Assembly: GCA_046757165.1 (NCBI GenBank)
Contig: JBHHXT010000049.1
Location: 1 to 28,239 of the forward strand
DNA length: 28,239 nt
Reading direction: 5' to 3'
Source of the DNA: a bacterium
GTDB taxonomy: Bacteria; Zhuqueibacterota; Zhuqueibacteria; Oceanimicrobiales; Oceanimicrobiaceae
Part shown: positions 27,460-28,239 of the stretch, in pieces
Numbering within the stretch: the first letter of the stretch is position 1
Layout of the letters: each line of letters starts with the position of its first letter
The notes under the pieces: generated by a model
What the model was told of the DNA's origin: nothing
Seen by the model: the letters and a program-made list of their open reading frames with translations, nothing else
Databases searched by the model: none
Position numbers and translations under genes: made by a program

Positions 27460-27498
27460 GCTATTTAATCACGAATAATACAGCCAGAGTTTTCGCAG

Positions 27499-28071
27499 GT
27501 GAAAAGCACCAGTTCAGACCTCATCAAAAAGGCCATTGACGGTGATGAAGCGGCCTACAAGCAGCTTCTGGAAAGCTATCGCGGCGCCATCTTCAATCTT
27601 CTCTATAAAATGGTTCGCAACAAGGAGGAAACCGAAGACCTGGTGCAGGAGGCCTTTATGAAAGCCTTCAACGCGCTGCCGTCTTTCAACGAGGACTACG
27701 CTTTTTCGACCTGGCTGTACAAGATCGCCATCAACAACTGCATCGATCATATGCGGAGGAAGAAGCTGAAGACGTACTCGATCAACAAACCGGTGCAGTC
27801 AAAAGATGGCGAATTGGACCGTGAGTTTCCGGACACCTCGATGAGCCCGGACAAACACGTTTTGTCCGAAGAACGCACCCAGCTCATCGAAACAGCAATT
27901 GACGAGCTACCGGAAAACTACAAAATTGCCATCATCTTGCGACACACCCAGGAGAAGTCCTACGAAGAGATCGCCGAGATTCTCAATATTCCTCTGGGGA
28001 CTGTCAAAGCGCGGATTTTTCGGGCGCGTGAAATGTTGAAAAAGAAGCTCAAGGGTAAGATTCTCCGGTAG
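27499..28071 (+). CDS. ECF RNA polymerase sigma factor (RpoE/SigW-like)
   Basis: GD..AY..L, EDLVQEAF.KAF, FSTWLYKIA.N.CID..R, AI..LP...K..IILR, SYEEIAEIL.IPLGTVKARIFRARE.L. Confidence 0.95.
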   Translation: MKSTSSDLIKKAIDGDEAAYKQLLESYRGAIFNLLYKMVRNKEETEDLVQEAFMKAFNALPSFNEDYAFSTWLYKIAINNCIDHMRRKKLKTYSINKPVQSKDGELDREFPDTSMSPDKHVLSEERTQLIETAIDELPENYKIAIILRHTQEKSYEEIAEILNIPLGTVKARIFRAREMLKKKLKGKILR

Positions 28072-28164
28072 GCACCTATCGCCACGCAGGTCTTGTCGAC
28101 AACCCACTGAATCATTCATCCAGCAAAATCTCTCTGGTCGTTGAAACGAAGCTTGGTCTGTCTG

Positions 28165-28235
28165 CTCGTTCCCGGCCTCCAGAGCCCTGGTTCAGACTCT
28201 GAACGAGTCTGAACCTGTCCCCTCCAAGGAGGGGA
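28165..28235. repeat. Stack of REP-like palindromes
   Basis: CTCGTTCCCGGCCTCCAG (half element); GGTTCAGACTC-TGAAC-GAGTCTGAACC (28189-28215); TCCCCTCC-AA-GGAGGGGA (28218-28235). Confidence 0.65.
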
Positions 28236-28239
28236 GCGG

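Noticed and set aside
1..28239. CRISPR array, tRNA/rRNA, integrase or transposase genes
   Set aside because: No regularly spaced repeat-spacer units, no tRNA/rRNA-like sequence, and no recombinase or transposase motifs were seen by eye.

Overview
Bacterial chromosomal window, mostly GC-rich. The gene content (TonB-dependent receptor with an N-terminal carboxypeptidase-regulatory-like domain, T9SS-type cargo, PorV-like barrel, PEGA-domain Ser/Thr kinases) suggests an FCB-superphylum-related organism such as KSB1, Calditrichota or Ignavibacteria; this is inference only. Left to right: (1) the end of a T6SS-type effector cassette: DUF4150 PAAR-like protein with a Cys-rich, HNH-like C-terminus, a putative immunity gene and a TIGR02270 protein; (2) two paralogous membrane Ser/Thr kinases with PEGA-like domains flanking a small TPR-like gene; (3) a four-gene outer-membrane operon (DUF4397-like lipoprotein, TonB-dependent receptor, 1128-aa T9SS-CTD protein, PorV-like barrel) behind a consensus sigma-54 promoter and a leader resembling a variant glycine-riboswitch aptamer; (4) housekeeping genes: M19 dipeptidase, metallophosphoesterase, unknown exported protein, nadE, truncated rhodanese abutting DUF488, 2-hydroxyacid dehydrogenase, proline dehydrogenase, VanZ-like, nnr and an ECF sigma factor. 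Several families of REP-like palindromes occupy the intergenic spaces. The best candidate for an undescribed system is the TBDR + T9SS cargo + dedicated PorV operon with its regulatory leader.
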